A DNA stretch of 64,000 nt from Thiovulum sp. ES (GTDB taxonomy: Bacteria; Campylobacterota; Campylobacteria; Campylobacterales; Thiovulaceae). The notes below the pieces were generated by a model, which ran no database searches, was not told the origin of the DNA, and saw only the letters and a program-made list of their open reading frames with translations. The translations under genes and the position numbers were made by a program. Shown here piece after piece: positions 62,967 through 64,000 of the stretch (the first letter of the stretch is position 1; every line of letters starts with the position of its first letter). Where the stretch lies: the NCBI GenBank assembly GCA_000276965.1, contig AKKQ01000003.1:462-64461 (forward strand), written 5' to 3'.

Positions 62967-64000
62967 TCACAAAAAGGACCAGCATTTTTGTAGAGTAATT
63001 TTGCAATCTTCAGAAAGGTGTCGGATTGTCAACTTTTTTCCATTTTCACTATATTTTTTTGTAATCGAGTCAATTGCTTCAACTCCAGAAATATCCATAA
63101 CTCTTGCTCGTTTAAAATCAAGAACGACCTCATCAGGATCGTTTTTTAAATCAAATTGCTCAAAAAATGAAGTTGTCGAGCCAAAAAATAGAGGACCTTC
63201 AAATTCGTATATTTTTCTGTTTTCTTCCATTCGAGTTCGTGAAAATACTTTAGCATGTTGCCAAGCAAAAACAAGAGCAGAAATAATAATTCCCGTGATG
63301 ACGGCAATTGCCAAATCAAAGAAAATTGTAATAACTGTTACGGCAATAAGAACAAAACGATCACTATTTTGCATATATTTTATTCGATTTCCGCTTTCCC
63401 ACTCAAAAGTTCCAATTGAAACCATAAACATAATTCCAACAAGCACGGCAACAGGAATAATTGCGATGAGGTCAGTCAAAACAATCACAAACAAAATTAG
63501 TAAAATTGAAGCAACAAGTGCGGAAAGTCGTCCCCAGCCACCATTTGAGAAATTGATAATTGATTGTCCAATCATCGCACAACCTGCCATTCCACCAAAA
63601 GCACCGCATGTTACATTTCCAACTCCTTGAGCTACACATTCCTGATTTCCGCTACCTCGTTTTCCTCCCATTTCATCAAGAACTGAAAGAGTTAAAAGAG
63701 ATTCAATCAAACCAACAAGTGCTACAAGAACCGCATATGGAAGAACCATCAAAATTGTTTCAAGTGAAATTTGAACTTCTGGAATTGAGAAAGTTGGCAA
63801 TGAACCTGAAATATCAGCTAAATCTCCAACTCGTTTTGTGTCTAAATCAAAAAGAACTACAATTAAAGTAATTGTGATAATTGCAACAAGTCCAGAAGGA
63901 ACAGCTTTTGAAAGTTTTGGAAAAAATTCCACAATCACCATTGTTAAAGCAACAAGAGAATACATAATCCAATTTTCGCCCTCAAAAAGCGGAAATTGTG
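62967..64000 (-). CDS. SulP-family anion permease with a C-terminal STAS domain; the N-terminus lies beyond the window end
   Basis: It has hydrophobic TM segments, GQSIINFSNGG, and a C-terminal STAS (IYEFEGPLFFGSTTSF...VVLDFKRARVMDISGVEAID). The frame is open to position 64000. Confidence 0.8.
   Translation of the reverse strand, partial: QFPLFEGENWIMYSLVALTMVIVEFFPKLSKAVPSGLVAIITITLIVVLFDLDTKRVGDLADISGSLPTFSIPEVQISLETILMVLPYAVLVALVGLIESLLTLSVLDEMGGKRGSGNQECVAQGVGNVTCGAFGGMAGCAMIGQSIINFSNGGWGRLSALVASILLILFVIVLTDLIAIIPVAVLVGIMFMVSIGTFEWESGNRIKYMQNSDRFVLIAVTVITIFFDLAIAVITGIIISALVFAWQHAKVFSRTRMEENRKIYEFEGPLFFGSTTSFFEQFDLKNDPDEVVLDFKRARVMDISGVEAIDSITKKYSENGKKLTIRHLSEDCKITLQKCWSFL

Larger units (their letters stand above)
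624..63473. repeat. Dispersed family of the word (C)GATGAGGTC(G): 37 exact 9-mers and 55 8-mer cores
   Basis: Coordinates are listed in the first finding. All copies except the pair at 58323/58333 lie inside ORFs, on both strands. Confidence 0.85.

Noticed and set aside
624-63473. I considered whether the abundant word GATGAGGTC is a Chi-like or KOPS/AIMS-like polar sequence, or merely the footprint of a common peptide.
   Set aside because: Polar sequences should be strongly skewed to one strand across a 64-kb stretch, but here the top/bottom counts are about 29 versus 26. A peptide explanation fails for three reasons. The word is read in at least five different frame/orientation combinations. 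It occurs in unrelated proteins. It uses codons (GAG, GTC, CTC, AGG) that the surrounding AT-rich coding DNA avoids. Only 2 of the 55 hits fall in a conserved protein motif ([11 protein letters not shown]).
62947-63871. ORFs of 227 and 103 aa lie on the + strand opposite the SulP permease.
   Set aside because: They are antisense to a membrane-protein gene with clear SulP/STAS motifs. The translation has no recognisable features.
1-64000. I searched for CRISPR arrays, rRNA genes, IS transposases, integrases and toxin-antitoxin pairs.
   Set aside because: I found no regularly spaced direct repeats, rRNA-like segments, DDE or tyrosine-recombinase motifs, or convincing toxin-antitoxin pairs. The only mobile-element traces are the two inteins and the small XRE/Rha-like remnant.

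Overview
This is an AT-rich chromosomal segment (about one third G+C by eye, not computed). I place it in a flagellated member of the Campylobacterota (Epsilonproteobacteria); a finer taxon cannot be assigned from sequence alone. The gene content supporting that placement is the flaG-fliD-fliS-small ORF order, sigma28-type promoters, two soluble TlpD-like chemoreceptors with CZB domains, a UbiD-family decarboxylase, QueH and an OlsF-like lipid synthase. I call about 60 protein genes, one tRNA(CAU), several intergenic hairpin terminators, and no rRNA, CRISPR array or intact transposon. Most genes are housekeeping: recA, dnaE, hemA, ispB-like, hemD, pyrC, ybeY, proB, hisIE, nadD, lnt, murE, rplI and hslV. 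Flagellar genes (flagellin, fliR, flaG-fliD-fliS) and signalling genes are scattered among them. The strongest finding is a dispersed DNA word, (C)GATGAGGTC(G). By manual scan it occurs 37 times as an exact 9-mer and 55 times as the 8-mer core, on both strands, in several reading frames, almost always inside genes. This matches the pattern of a DNA-uptake-sequence-like genomic signature, and one inverted pair forms an intergenic palindrome. Other notable items are listed here. (1) recA and dnaE each carry an in-frame intein. (2) The dnaE C-terminal region is tandemly duplicated. (3) A McrBC-like islet has reversed gene order and a long uncharacterised N-terminal domain. (4) murE is split by a frameshift in an A6/T6 run. 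(5) A conserved hairpin family (TTGTCGGA-loop-TCCGACAA) sits at 3' gene ends. (6) A small prophage-like remnant is present. (7) Two tandem porin-like paralogs share near-identical 5' ends. (8) An unusual chemoreceptor / orphan response regulator / vWA protein / lipoprotein gene string is present. All counts and coordinates come from reading the sequence by hand and should be recomputed.
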